Part shown: in pieces, positions 53,393-63,100 of the stretch
How the letters are laid out: every line of letters begins with the position of its first letter
Numbering within the stretch: position 1 is the first letter of the stretch
Source: Chloroflexota bacterium
GTDB taxonomy: Bacteria; Chloroflexota; Anaerolineae; JAAEKA01
Direction: 5' to 3'
Length of the DNA stretch: 64,000 nt
NCBI GenBank assembly: GCA_034717495.1
Contig: JAYELL010000101.1
Coordinates: forward strand, 10,622-74,621
Position numbers and translations under genes: made by a program
The notes under the pieces: model-generated
What the model was told of the DNA's origin: nothing
The model's database searches: none
Seen by the model: the letters and a program-made list of their open reading frames with translations, nothing else

Positions 53393-55642
53393 ATGCTGTT
53401 GACGATCAGACGCTCTCGTACAAATGGGTTCCGTTGGTTCATATGGATGACTATAGCCGCTTTTCTAGTCGGTATCCTGCTTGCAATTCGCGTTGAAGCG
53501 GCCCATTCGCCAGTTGATCCCACTCCTGCCGGCGGTCTGGCGTTTCCGGCGCTGGAGTGGTATACCGAATGCGCCGATTGTCCGAGAAACATGTTTCAGG
53601 TGGGGGATCGCAGCCTTCGGCTGGACTCGCAGGGCCATCCCCATATCGCGTATGTTGGCGATCACGTGTACTATGCGTATTACAATGGGACGACATGGCA
53701 TCGGGAGATAATTGCAGGTGCCCCTGGCAGCATCTATGAATGGTACCAGGCGCCGGCATCGCTGGCTTTGGACAACGCCGACAGTGCCCATATTGCCTAC
53801 TTGGACTCGACCAGCAGTGCCCTCATGTATACCAAAAAGGTGGGTGACTCATGGCAAACCCAGACTGTGAGGGTAGCGGCACCGGGGGAAAAGATCTATT
53901 ACGACACGACTCTGGAACTTGATAGCGGTGGCAAGCCCCATATTGCCTATAGCAATCATGGGATCCTGGAGTATGCGTCATGGACCGGCACGCATTGGCA
54001 GATCCAGGTCGTGGACCGAAGCGGGTGGTCGGAGATGTTCATTTCCCTGGCATTGGATCACACCGACCGGCCTCATATGAGTTACTACATGGTCAACCAC
54101 CTTGGCTCGCACATGAAATATGCCACCTGGTGGGTTGATCGTTGGTTGCACTTTACCGTTGATCGCGCCGAATACCTGGGGGAATTCAACTCCATCGCGG
54201 TGGATAGCGGGGGACTCCCTCACATCAGTTATCTCGATACCACCGGCGAACGCCTGAAACACGCCTGGTGGATCGGTGGTGGATGGCACATTGAGGTGGT
54301 GGACGAGGCAGAATGGTGGGGCGGTTTCGCCTCGGTCGCCATCGACAGCCAGGATCGACCCCATATCAGCTATGCGACCCGGCAGAATGAAGGAAGGATC
54401 GCATCCTGGGATGGCAGTGGATGGCAGATCGATACGTTCGAGCAATCGATCTGGTACTCGTCCCTGGCCCTTGATAGCAATGATGAGCCCCACATTATGT
54501 ATTTTGGCTGGCAGGATTCGCAGCTGCGTTATTCCCGGAGGATCGAAGGGCAGTGGGAACGACAATCGTTGGACAGCGTTGGCAAAGCTGGCCGGTATCC
54601 CTCCCTGGAATTGGATAATGCAAATGGCCCAAGCCTGGCTTACATCGATTTTGGGTCAGATAGCCTCAAATTCACCCAGCGCGACAACGGCCACTGGCAG
54701 GTCGAGACCGTCGCACCGATCGGCAGTGGTGGTGGGCACTCTGACCTGGCGTTGAAGCTGTCTGGTGTGCCATTCATCAGTTACTACGACAGCAGCAACG
54801 GTGACCTGATGCTGGCCCGCCGTGAAAACGACCATTGGCTATCGGAGATCGTGGATTCCGGGGGAACCGGCGGCAATGTTGGCACTTACAGTTCTCTGGC
54901 CCTTGACCTCCTCGGTGATCCCCACATCAGCTACTATGACGAAATCGGGGGTGTTTTGAGATATGCTCGTCGTGCGGCTGGTGCCTGGCAGATCGAGATC
55001 GTTGATAACAATGGCGACGCCGGTCTATACACTTCGTTGGCTTTGAACGGTGCCGGACAGCCTCATATTGCCTATTACGATCAAAGAAACGGTGACTTGA
55101 AATTAGCGGTCCAGGCCGCGGGTGTCTGGTCGATAGAGGTGGTGGATGGCCAAGGGGACGTTGGTTCCTTCAGTTCCCTGGCGCTCGACAGTTCGGGTGA
55201 GCCTCGAATCAGCTACTACGACGCTGGTGCCGGCGGTCTGAAATATGCGCGGCGCGATGGCGGCGCCTGGTATACGGAGACCGTCGATTCTGTCGGTCTC
55301 GCGGGGCAGTACACCTCGCTGGCGCTGGATGTGGAGGACCGGCCCCATATCAGCTATCACCAGGGGTCGTTTGGCGGCGCGCGATATGCCCGACTTACAG
55401 AGAGTGGCTGGCAGATTCAGGAGATTGCCAACGGTTGGCGGATGGGAGAAGGAACCTCCCTTGCTCTGGACAGTGCAGGATACCCCTGTATCGCTTTTCA
55501 TGATGGAGAGAACCAGGACTTGCTGGTGACTGCCGGGCAGCCCGTTCGTGCCTTCCTCCCGTTGGTCTCTTTTTCAGGTTCCCAACCGGGACAAGCCAGA
55601 GGAACGCTGATTACGCAGACCTTCGGCGCAGATTCACGCTGA
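53393..55642 (+). CDS. secreted/membrane-anchored tandem-repeat protein (~14 x ~47-aa repeats, propeller-like), function unknown
   Basis: N-terminal signal anchor (FRWFIWMTIAAFLVGILLAI). About 14 copies of the consensus [S]LALDsxGxPHI[SA]YyDxxxgxLkYAxrxxgxWxxExVDxxGxxGxYxS. GGAGAGGG RBS. Confidence 0.7.
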   Translation: MLLTIRRSRTNGFRWFIWMTIAAFLVGILLAIRVEAAHSPVDPTPAGGLAFPALEWYTECADCPRNMFQVGDRSLRLDSQGHPHIAYVGDHVYYAYYNGTTWHREIIAGAPGSIYEWYQAPASLALDNADSAHIAYLDSTSSALMYTKKVGDSWQTQTVRVAAPGEKIYYDTTLELDSGGKPHIAYSNHGILEYASWTGTHWQIQVVDRSGWSEMFISLALDHTDRPHMSYYMVNHLGSHMKYATWWVDRWLHFTVDRAEYLGEFNSIAVDSGGLPHISYLDTTGERLKHAWWIGGGWHIEVVDEAEWWGGFASVAIDSQDRPHISYATRQNEGRIASWDGSGWQIDTFEQSIWYSSLALDSNDEPHIMYFGWQDSQLRYSRRIEGQWERQSLDSVGKAGRYPSLELDNANGPSLAYIDFGSDSLKFTQRDNGHWQVETVAPIGSGGGHSDLALKLSGVPFISYYDSSNGDLMLARRENDHWLSEIVDSGGTGGNVGTYSSLALDLLGDPHISYYDEIGGVLRYARRAAGAWQIEIVDNNGDAGLYTSLALNGAGQPHIAYYDQRNGDLKLAVQAAGVWSIEVVDGQGDVGSFSSLALDSSGEPRISYYDAGAGGLKYARRDGGAWYTETVDSVGLAGQYTSLALDVEDRPHISYHQGSFGGARYARLTESGWQIQEIANGWRMGEGTSLALDSAGYPCIAFHDGENQDLLVTAGQPVRAFLPLVSFSGSQPGQARGTLITQTFGADSR

Positions 55643-55645
55643 TCT
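55601..55645 (+). repeat. right arm of inverted repeat / inverted copy of the 44-bp repeat element, overlapping the last 14 codons and stop of the repeat-protein gene
   Basis: The reverse complement, gatcagcgtgaatctgcgccgaaggtctgcgtaatcagcgttcc, is a chimera-like match to upstream copies A and B. Confidence 0.85.
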
Positions 55646-55726
55646 TTTTTGTGATTGATCTGCGATCATACTTCGGCTTCGCTCAGCACAAGTCTGCGTT
55701 GATCCTTCGGCTACGCTCACCGTCAC

Positions 55727-55818
55727 GCTACGTCAGCACGTCAGCACGTCAGCAGACGATGCGTGAGCTAGACGATGCGTGAGCTAGACGATGCGTGAGC
55801 TAGACGATGCGTGAGCCA
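55727..55818 (+). repeat. tandem repeats: acgtcagc x3 followed by 16-bp (gacgatgcgtgagcta) x4
   Basis: Direct reading of 55727-55818, in the convergent intergenic region between the repeat-protein gene and the helicase gene. Confidence 0.85.
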
Positions 55819-55999
55819 GGTAGCGAGCGCTCCGTGAGGTGGTGCCCCGGCGCAGTGAGCGGCTGTTGTCGACGGGAGGATCAACGTGCTGAACAGGGTT
55901 TGTGCGTTTCCGCCAGGACCTGAGTTCAGTTCGTTCGAGCGGCAATGGTGATTTTTCTCGAATGGGGGCAGAAAAAGGGAGGCTCTGGAAAATACGGAA

Positions 56000-58396
56000 T
56001 CAACGCCTGGATGGAAGAAGCATTTCCAGGATCAACTGGGCTGCTGCCTTATCCAGCGGCTCATTGTTGCTGCCGCACTTGGGACTCTGGATGCAGCTTG
56101 GGCAGCCATCATGGCAGGGACAGCGGGCGATGACCTCCCAGGTTGCCCGCCAGAGATCAGGCAACTGTTTGAAGCCTTGCTCGGCGATTCCCACGCCGCC
56201 GGGAAAGCCGTCATAGATGAACACCTGGGGCGCATCGGTATCCGGATGGCGCGGCGTGCTCAGTCCACCGATGTCCCACCGATCACACATCGCGAAAAGA
56301 GGTAAAATTCCGATGGCAGCGTGTTCGGCGGCATGGATGCCTCCCAGAAAGTCAAGCCTGCGGCGAGCACAGGCCCTGATCATTTCCGGTGACAGGTCCC
56401 ACCAGAGGGCCGCTGTCTCGAATGTGGTTGCGGGAAGTTCCAGCATTTCCTCACCGAGAACCTCCTCGGTGTAGTGGCGCAGTCGCCGGTAGCCGATGAC
56501 CTGGGATGTTGTGCGCACTTGCCCAAAGTAAGCGTTTCCCCCGGGGATGGCGCGGTGGGCCAGTGAGCGAAGTATCCGTACGTCACTCCATTCCCTTGGC
56601 TGGGTGTAGTAATCAACCTCGACAGGTCGCACAATGGCAAAACCCTGGTCCGCGTCGAAGCGGGTGACCAGGTAGCTCTCTCCCTGGTGCAGGTAGATGG
56701 CGCCGGGATGAACCCGTTGCGTTGCGCTGCTGGCTTCAATCTCTTCCAGTGTTCTGTGGTTGTTGGCCTCGTTGAGGATAGCAAAACGGGATCCGCCGAT
56801 GGATCGAAGGTTTACCTTTTCGGCCGGATAATCGTTGCCATTGTAGGCCCATCGATCCCCCTGGAAACTGAGCCTTCTCGTTTGCTCCAACTCAACCATG
56901 GCAGGCACGAATCCGGGACCAAAGAGGGCTTCATCGTCGAAATGCCCCGGCGAGGCAACATTGGTCAACGGTACCTCATGGGCCGCGCAGGGCAAGTGAC
57001 GAGCGAGGACATAGACGTTGTCCGGGTCGATCAGGGCATGTTCGTGGGGCCGGCCGAATAGCTCCTCCGGGTGACGCATGAAATACTGGTCAAGCGGGTT
57101 ATCAAGCGCGATCAGAATGGCCAGCGAGGGTTCATTCCCTCGTCCAGCCCGTCCAGCCTGCTGCCAGAGGCTGGCAATGGTGCCTGGATAACCCACAAGC
57201 ACAGCAGCATCCAGGCCACCGACATCGATACCCAGTTCCAGCGCGTTGGTTGCCGTGACCCCCAGTAGCTCGCCCGAAAAGAGGTCTCGCTCGATTTTTC
57301 GTCGTTGTTCGGGGGTGTAGCCTGCCCGGTAGGCCGCGATCCGGCTTGACAGGCTTTCATCGCCTTTAGCGGACCTGCGCCGGATTCCCCTGGTCTTGCC
57401 TTCCGGATTCTGGCCTTTCTTCAGCTCCTCCCGGGCGTAACGAAGGATCAACTCGGCAACCTTGCGCGCCCGTGTGAAGACAATGGTTCTGGTCTGGTTG
57501 CGTACCAGGGCTGAGAACAGATTGGTGGCCTCGCTGTTAGCACTGCGACGGGCTGTCCTGGCTTTGTCAATAAGGGGTGCATTCCAGAGTGCGAAACTGC
57601 GCGGACCCTGGGGGCTGCCATCGTCATCGACCACAACGCCCTCGACCCCGGTGAGCCCCAAAAAGTGTTGTGCCGGGTTGGCGATGGTTGCGCTGGTAGC
57701 GATGAATTGGGGTTCGCTGCCATATACGGCACAGACTCGACGCAACCGGCGCAGCACACAGGCTACCTGCGAACCAAAGACTCCCCGGTAGGTATGAGCC
57801 TCGTCCACCACAACGTATCGCAGATTGCGCAAGAAACTTCCCCACAGGGGATGATTGGGTAAAATCCCGAGATGGAGCATGTCGGGATTGGTGAGGATGA
57901 TCTGGCCCGACTTGCGCAGCCGTCCCCGGCGACTCTGGGGTGTGTCGCCGTCGTAGGTGCCGACCGTGACAGGCAAGGAGGTGGTCCCTCGACCTCGCTG
58001 ACCTTCGATGGCGCAGCCTAACTCTCGCAGTGCCCTTAATTGATCCTGGGCCAATGCCTTGGTGGGATAGAGATAAAGGGCTCGGGCGGTAGGCCGTTCC
58101 AGAATGGCTTCCAGCACGGGCAGGTTGTAGCCCAGGGTCTTGCCGCTGGCAGTTGCGGTGACGAGAATCAAATGCTGGCCCGACTGGGCGGCGTTTATCG
58201 CCTGTGCCTGGTGGGTAAAAAGGCGAGTGATTCCCTGGGCTTCCAACTGCCGCTTAAGGACTGGATGCAGCGGAATGGTCAGCTTTCCGTATTTTGCCCC
58301 CCGTCGCGCAACCTGTTCCAGGTGAACAATCTGGCTCTGGTAGAAGGACTGGCGACGCAGGTCCCTGAGAAAGCTGTTGACGTTCACGTTACTCAA
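56000..58396 (-). CDS. DEAD/DEAH-box helicase with C-terminal DUF1998 zinc-ribbon domain (YprA/MrfA-like)
   Basis: Motif I ATASGKTLGY, motif II VVVDEAH, helicase C motifs (QQAGRAGR), and a C-terminal 4-Cys DUF1998 (CPCHDGCPSC...C). Confidence 0.85.
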   Translation of the reverse strand: MSNVNVNSFLRDLRRQSFYQSQIVHLEQVARRGAKYGKLTIPLHPVLKRQLEAQGITRLFTHQAQAINAAQSGQHLILVTATASGKTLGYNLPVLEAILERPTARALYLYPTKALAQDQLRALRELGCAIEGQRGRGTTSLPVTVGTYDGDTPQSRRGRLRKSGQIILTNPDMLHLGILPNHPLWGSFLRNLRYVVVDEAHTYRGVFGSQVACVLRRLRRVCAVYGSEPQFIATSATIANPAQHFLGLTGVEGVVVDDDGSPQGPRSFALWNAPLIDKARTARRSANSEATNLFSALVRNQTRTIVFTRARKVAELILRYAREELKKGQNPEGKTRGIRRRSAKGDESLSSRIAAYRAGYTPEQRRKIERDLFSGELLGVTATNALELGIDVGGLDAAVLVGYPGTIASLWQQAGRAGRGNEPSLAILIALDNPLDQYFMRHPEELFGRPHEHALIDPDNVYVLARHLPCAAHEVPLTNVASPGHFDDEALFGPGFVPAMVELEQTRRLSFQGDRWAYNGNDYPAEKVNLRSIGGSRFAILNEANNHRTLEEIEASSATQRVHPGAIYLHQGESYLVTRFDADQGFAIVRPVEVDYYTQPREWSDVRILRSLAHRAIPGGNAYFGQVRTTSQVIGYRRLRHYTEEVLGEEMLELPATTFETAALWWDLSPEMIRACARRRLDFLGGIHAAEHAAIGILPLFAMCDRWDIGGLSTPRHPDTDAPQVFIYDGFPGGVGIAEQGFKQLPDLWRATWEVIARCPCHDGCPSCIQSPKCGSNNEPLDKAAAQLILEMLLPSRR

Positions 58397-59987
58397 ACAG
58401 GTATCGCAGCATGATGCTGTGGATGATCTGCTCGATGGGGGCCCTGTCGTCGGTCAGGACCGGACCATCGGTGTTGGCAGGTCTGGCTGTGGTGGCGGAG
58501 CGACGAATCATCTCTGCCAGAAGAGGCTGTGCTGATGGATCGATGGCGGCCGCGTTGGCCTGGAAGTCGGACAGCGTTGTTGGCTGTACCGTTGCTACCA
58601 ACAACGAGTTGCCCAGGGCAAAGCCCTCGGTCGACTCGTCAATCACATACACCGAAGGGAATACCTGGCCCATAGTCGATGCCAGCGCATTGACCAGCCT
58701 GTAGTCGTCCTGGCTGCGAGCGGCATTTACTGCGATGACACCGTCCTCTTCCAGGTGTTCCCGCGCTAACCTGAAGAATTCCACCGTAGCCAGCTGGAAG
58801 GGGATGTATGGGGGGCGATACGCGTCCACTGCGATGACCGAATAGCGTTTGTCGGGCGGCTGGGCCATGAGCCATGTTCTTCCATCTGCGGCAACAGCAT
58901 CAATGTTTGGGTAGTCGCCCAGGTGAAAGTAGTCGTAGGCGGCCTGGACGATGTCAGGATCCAACTCAACACCGTCGATGGGGATCGGTCCATACACTTT
59001 GCTATACAGCTGAGCCGCGGTGCCACCTGCCAGTCCAACCAGGTACATACTTGTCACCGAAGCTGTGTCAGCGGGTTGCGGATTTGCCTCGCGTTGAGCA
59101 AACAGGGGTGCCACGAGAAAATAATCCCAGATACCATTGCTCAGAGCCGATTGGGGGTGGTAGACAGAGTGAAGGCCGATTCCTTCATTCAGCTTGAGCC
59201 AGGTTTCCGATCCCTTCTGCAGAACCTGATAATAGTTGTACAGGGACTCCCCTTCGTGCACCAGGCCCTTCGATGGTTTGACTGCGCCCTGGCTACTTAA
59301 CCATGTCAACAGGATCAGAAGCGGCAGGGCCAGAAAGAAGGGTGCAGCGCGGCGTCCTTTTTCCAGAAACAGCCCGATCAAGGCGACCGCTGCCAGGAGT
59401 CCTGCCAAAAGAATAAAGGTCAGCCGGGTACCGATGGACGGGATCAACACCAGGACGGGCAAAAAAGTGCCGGTCAAGCTACCCACGGAACTGAGTGCAT
59501 AGAGACGCCCCACTGTCTGTCCGCTGGTCTCCACATCGGATACCGCCAGGCGGGCAGCGAAGGGAGAGACGATACCCAGCAACAGGGTTGGAAAGCTGAA
59601 GAGCAGGAAGATCGATACCGCTGCTGCCAGGAGCAAGCCTGCGCTCACGTTCTCCAGGTTCAGGCTGCTGAGGGCTGCTCGCTGCAGGATGGGGCGGGAT
59701 GCCACTGGCACCAATGCTACCAGGAGGGCAGCAACCAGACAGATGGTGTACAGCAGCGTGGCACTGGGGCGCCGGTCGGCCAGTTTGCCTCCAATCCAAT
59801 ACCCGACGCTGAGACTGGCCAGTATCAGGCCTATCAGCGCAGTCCAAACGAGGATCGAATTGCCAAACCAGGGATCCAGTAACCGGGCCGCGGTGAGTTC
59901 CAGTCCCAATGTCACCAGGCCGGCCACGAAGACCAGCAGGTTCAGATAGCCTGGATGGCGAATGGAGATCGAGGACACAGAGGACAT
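58389..59987 (-). CDS. fused polytopic membrane domain / spermidine synthase-like (class I SAM-binding) protein
   Basis: N-terminal ~220 aa with 6-7 TM helices. C-terminal PABS-like fold (GGGTAAQLY...VDGVELDPDIV...VIAVDAYRPPYIPFQL). Its stop overlaps the helicase start by 8 nt. Confidence 0.7.
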   Translation of the reverse strand: MSSVSSISIRHPGYLNLLVFVAGLVTLGLELTAARLLDPWFGNSILVWTALIGLILASLSVGYWIGGKLADRRPSATLLYTICLVAALLVALVPVASRPILQRAALSSLNLENVSAGLLLAAAVSIFLLFSFPTLLLGIVSPFAARLAVSDVETSGQTVGRLYALSSVGSLTGTFLPVLVLIPSIGTRLTFILLAGLLAAVALIGLFLEKGRRAAPFFLALPLLILLTWLSSQGAVKPSKGLVHEGESLYNYYQVLQKGSETWLKLNEGIGLHSVYHPQSALSNGIWDYFLVAPLFAQREANPQPADTASVTSMYLVGLAGGTAAQLYSKVYGPIPIDGVELDPDIVQAAYDYFHLGDYPNIDAVAADGRTWLMAQPPDKRYSVIAVDAYRPPYIPFQLATVEFFRLAREHLEEDGVIAVNAARSQDDYRLVNALASTMGQVFPSVYVIDESTEGFALGNSLLVATVQPTTLSDFQANAAAIDPSAQPLLAEMIRRSATTARPANTDGPVLTDDRAPIEQIIHSIMLRYLFE

Positions 59988-60192
59988 GGCGTTGAATAGA
60001 ACGATGGGCTTCGGGTTGAAACGGTGGGTCCTGCGCGAAGTTTAGCACACATGATCGGGTGCGTCAAAGCTGGTTGCTTTCCGCTGGCGATTGACTTTCA
60101 CGCCATGCGAGAGTAGAATAGGCTGCTTGCCTCTGCGTTTAACGCCAGGCAAGTTGCTGTGATAATGGGGTGGAAATCCAATATCGAGGTGT

Positions 60193-63100
60193 TTGTACAT
60201 GTTCAAACGCGTAGTGTTAATCCTTATCGTTCTGGGCTTGCTGCTCTCTGAATCGATGACCGGTGCAAGCCGTGTCGCTGCAAATACGTTCAAGGGTGAT
60301 CCCTCTTCAGCGCTTATCTCGAATGGCACTGATCCCCTTCGATTATACCATGATTCCAACGGTATTACCCTGGAATTGAGACTGCCCGACTATCACATTA
60401 CCGAGATCCAAAGAGAAGGCGAAACCTTCCATCAGATCGTCGTGGCCAGCGAGGATTGGGTCCAGTCAAACACGCCAGGCGCTCCGCAGATTCCAGAACG
60501 CAATCTCCTTCTGGCGGTACCTGCCACGGGCAATATCGCGCTGGAGGTGCTCGATGCACAATGGCAGGAGGTGGCGGGTACCTTTCACCTGCAATCAGCC
60601 GCACAATATGGCCTTGACGCTGCAGGTGACCAGGAAGAGCAATCTCTGAAAGCTACCTGGGACCTGGACCCGGCCATCTACAACCAGTCGAGGTGGACGC
60701 CACAAAAGAGCGCCGAGATAACACGGGAAGGCCACTGGCGTGGTTTTCGTTATGCAGGTTTGGCCCTGCGGCCCTTTCAATTCAATCCCGTTGAGGGGAA
60801 GGTGCGGGCTTTGTCGACGCTCACGGTTCGGCTTTCATTCTCGATGCCTCAGCCATTCGAGATTGACGAGCCCGCGGCGGATCCCCTGTTCGATCCGATT
60901 CTCGCAGCCACATTTGCCAACTTTGATCAAGCCTTGCAATGGCGAAGCCAGACTGTATCTCCGATTTCGGTGCCGGGAATCCATCGAGGCTCCGGCGCCG
61001 GTGGGCCATGGGTGAAAATCATGGTGGACAGCGATGGTTTGTACCGCGTCACCTATGGAGACCTCGTAGATGCGGGCATATCCAACTTGACACTCGACTC
61101 GCTGAACCCGCAGACATTTCGGCTGTATGATGATAGCCTCGAGCAGGATATCAGCGTGCTGGGGCAAGGTGATGCCAGCTTTGACCCTGTTGACGAAATC
61201 CTATTCTACGGAGGGCGCAACAGGGAAAAGCTGAGTAGCGATGACAACGTCTATTGGCTCACGTGGGACGGGCAAGCTGGCCATCGAATGCTCGAGGTCT
61301 CTGGCACCCCACAATCGGCCGCGCCAGCCAATACGCTCTTGACAACCCTGCACGTCGAGGATAACACACTCTACAAACAGCAGCGGCCCTTCATCGGCTG
61401 GCTGGAGCCCATGGTGTACGACCATTGGTATTGGCAGCACGTTGAGATAAGCAAAACTATCTCGATGGATAACCTGGCTGTAGACACCAGTTCCCCGTTG
61501 AGTGCCACCCTGTCCGTATGGATGGCAGGGGACAGGAGAGACGCGGGCAATTACATAGTCGATTTCGAGGTCAATGGCCAGGATGCGGGAAGCATGGCAT
61601 GGAGTAGCACAAAAGTGCTCACCGGCACCCATGCCATTCCGGTCGGATCACTGACCGACGGCAGCAACGATCTCTGGCTGGCTCCTCGTATTCTCGGTTT
61701 CCCGGCCTGGGAATATACCGTTTGGCTGGATTGGGTCAAACTGACCTATCCCTACGATGGGCGTTATCTGCCAGGAAGCCCTTTCGGCAATCCGACTCCT
61801 GGTACCTGGCTCTATCAACTGACGGACGTTCCGGAGTCCGCCCCATGGATTCTCAACCTTGCATCGGCAGACCAGCCACAGAAGATACTGGGAGCCCAGG
61901 CTGTTCCTGCAGACAGCGGTTTCACACTGAGTTGGCAGGTGACATCGGCGGCCGAGGATCGTTTCCTGGTGGTGCCGCCGGCGGAAATCCGTTCACCTGG
62001 CGACATCCAGGTATACAGCGATGCCGGGCTATTGAATCCTGATCAACAGGTTGATTATCTGATGATTTCCCATGGTGATTTGATTGGCTCTGCCCAACCG
62101 CTGGCGGATCAACATTCGGCATCAGGGCTTTCAGTGGCCTTGATCGATGTACAGGCTATCTACGATATCTTCAGCGATGGCTCGGTGTCTGCCGAAGCGA
62201 TTCGGGATTTTCTGGGCTATGCCTACGACAACTATCAATGGCCGCCCCCGGCCGCAGCTCTGCTGATCGGCGATGGCACTGTCGATTTTCGCGGGTATCA
62301 GTTTGCCAGCTATGGGCACGCCAATCTCATTCCGCCGTACATGGGTGGTTTCGACTTCTGGGGTGGGGCAACACCTTCGGACAATGCCTATGTCTGGTTG
62401 GAGGGGGATGACGTGCTCGGTGAGATGCTGATTAGCCGTTTGCCTGTCAATAACCCTGCGCAAGCCAACGTGGTCGTCGACAAGATCCTCAACTATCCCT
62501 CGAGTTTTCCTGCCGGTCGGGCGTTGAGCACCTTCTGGGTGGCCGACAACCCTGATAGCGAAAACCCGCTTCATGGCACACAGTTCCATCTGGCGAGCGA
62601 GGAAACCCTGGCCGAGCTTGCCCCGGAGTTCCAGGTTGATCGCGCTTACTTCTGCGATCCCGCTGTGAATACCTGCACGGGTGATTCCTGGATCTACACC
62701 GACGTTCCCACCATTCGCACGGCCATCCAGGAAGGCATTAGCGAGGGACATGCATTCCTGCATTTTTCTGGGCACGGTAGTATTGGTACCTGGGCCGTTG
62801 AAGCGATATTCCGCAAAGGCTATGTCAGCCAGTTGAGCAACGGTGACGCATTGCCGTTCATGCTGATTTCCTCCTGCACCAACGGTTACTTCGCCGATGC
62901 GCGCTGGGACGGCCTGGACGAAACGATGTTACGCACCGAGGATAAAGGCACCGTGGGTGGTTTCGCGGGCACAACCTTTGATACTTTGACTCCTCAGACA
63001 GCGGTTTCGAAATATTTCCTCCGGGCTGTGATGAACGATGGTATCACTCAACCGGGACCCGCGTCGGCTGTGGCGAGGGCCAAAACATACGTCCAATTTC

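Noticed and set aside
53393-55642. Diversity-generating retroelement or inverton explanation for the IR-flanked gene
   Set aside because: No reverse transcriptase, template repeat or site-specific recombinase occurs in the window. The inverted repeat is reported as an observation without assigning a mechanism.
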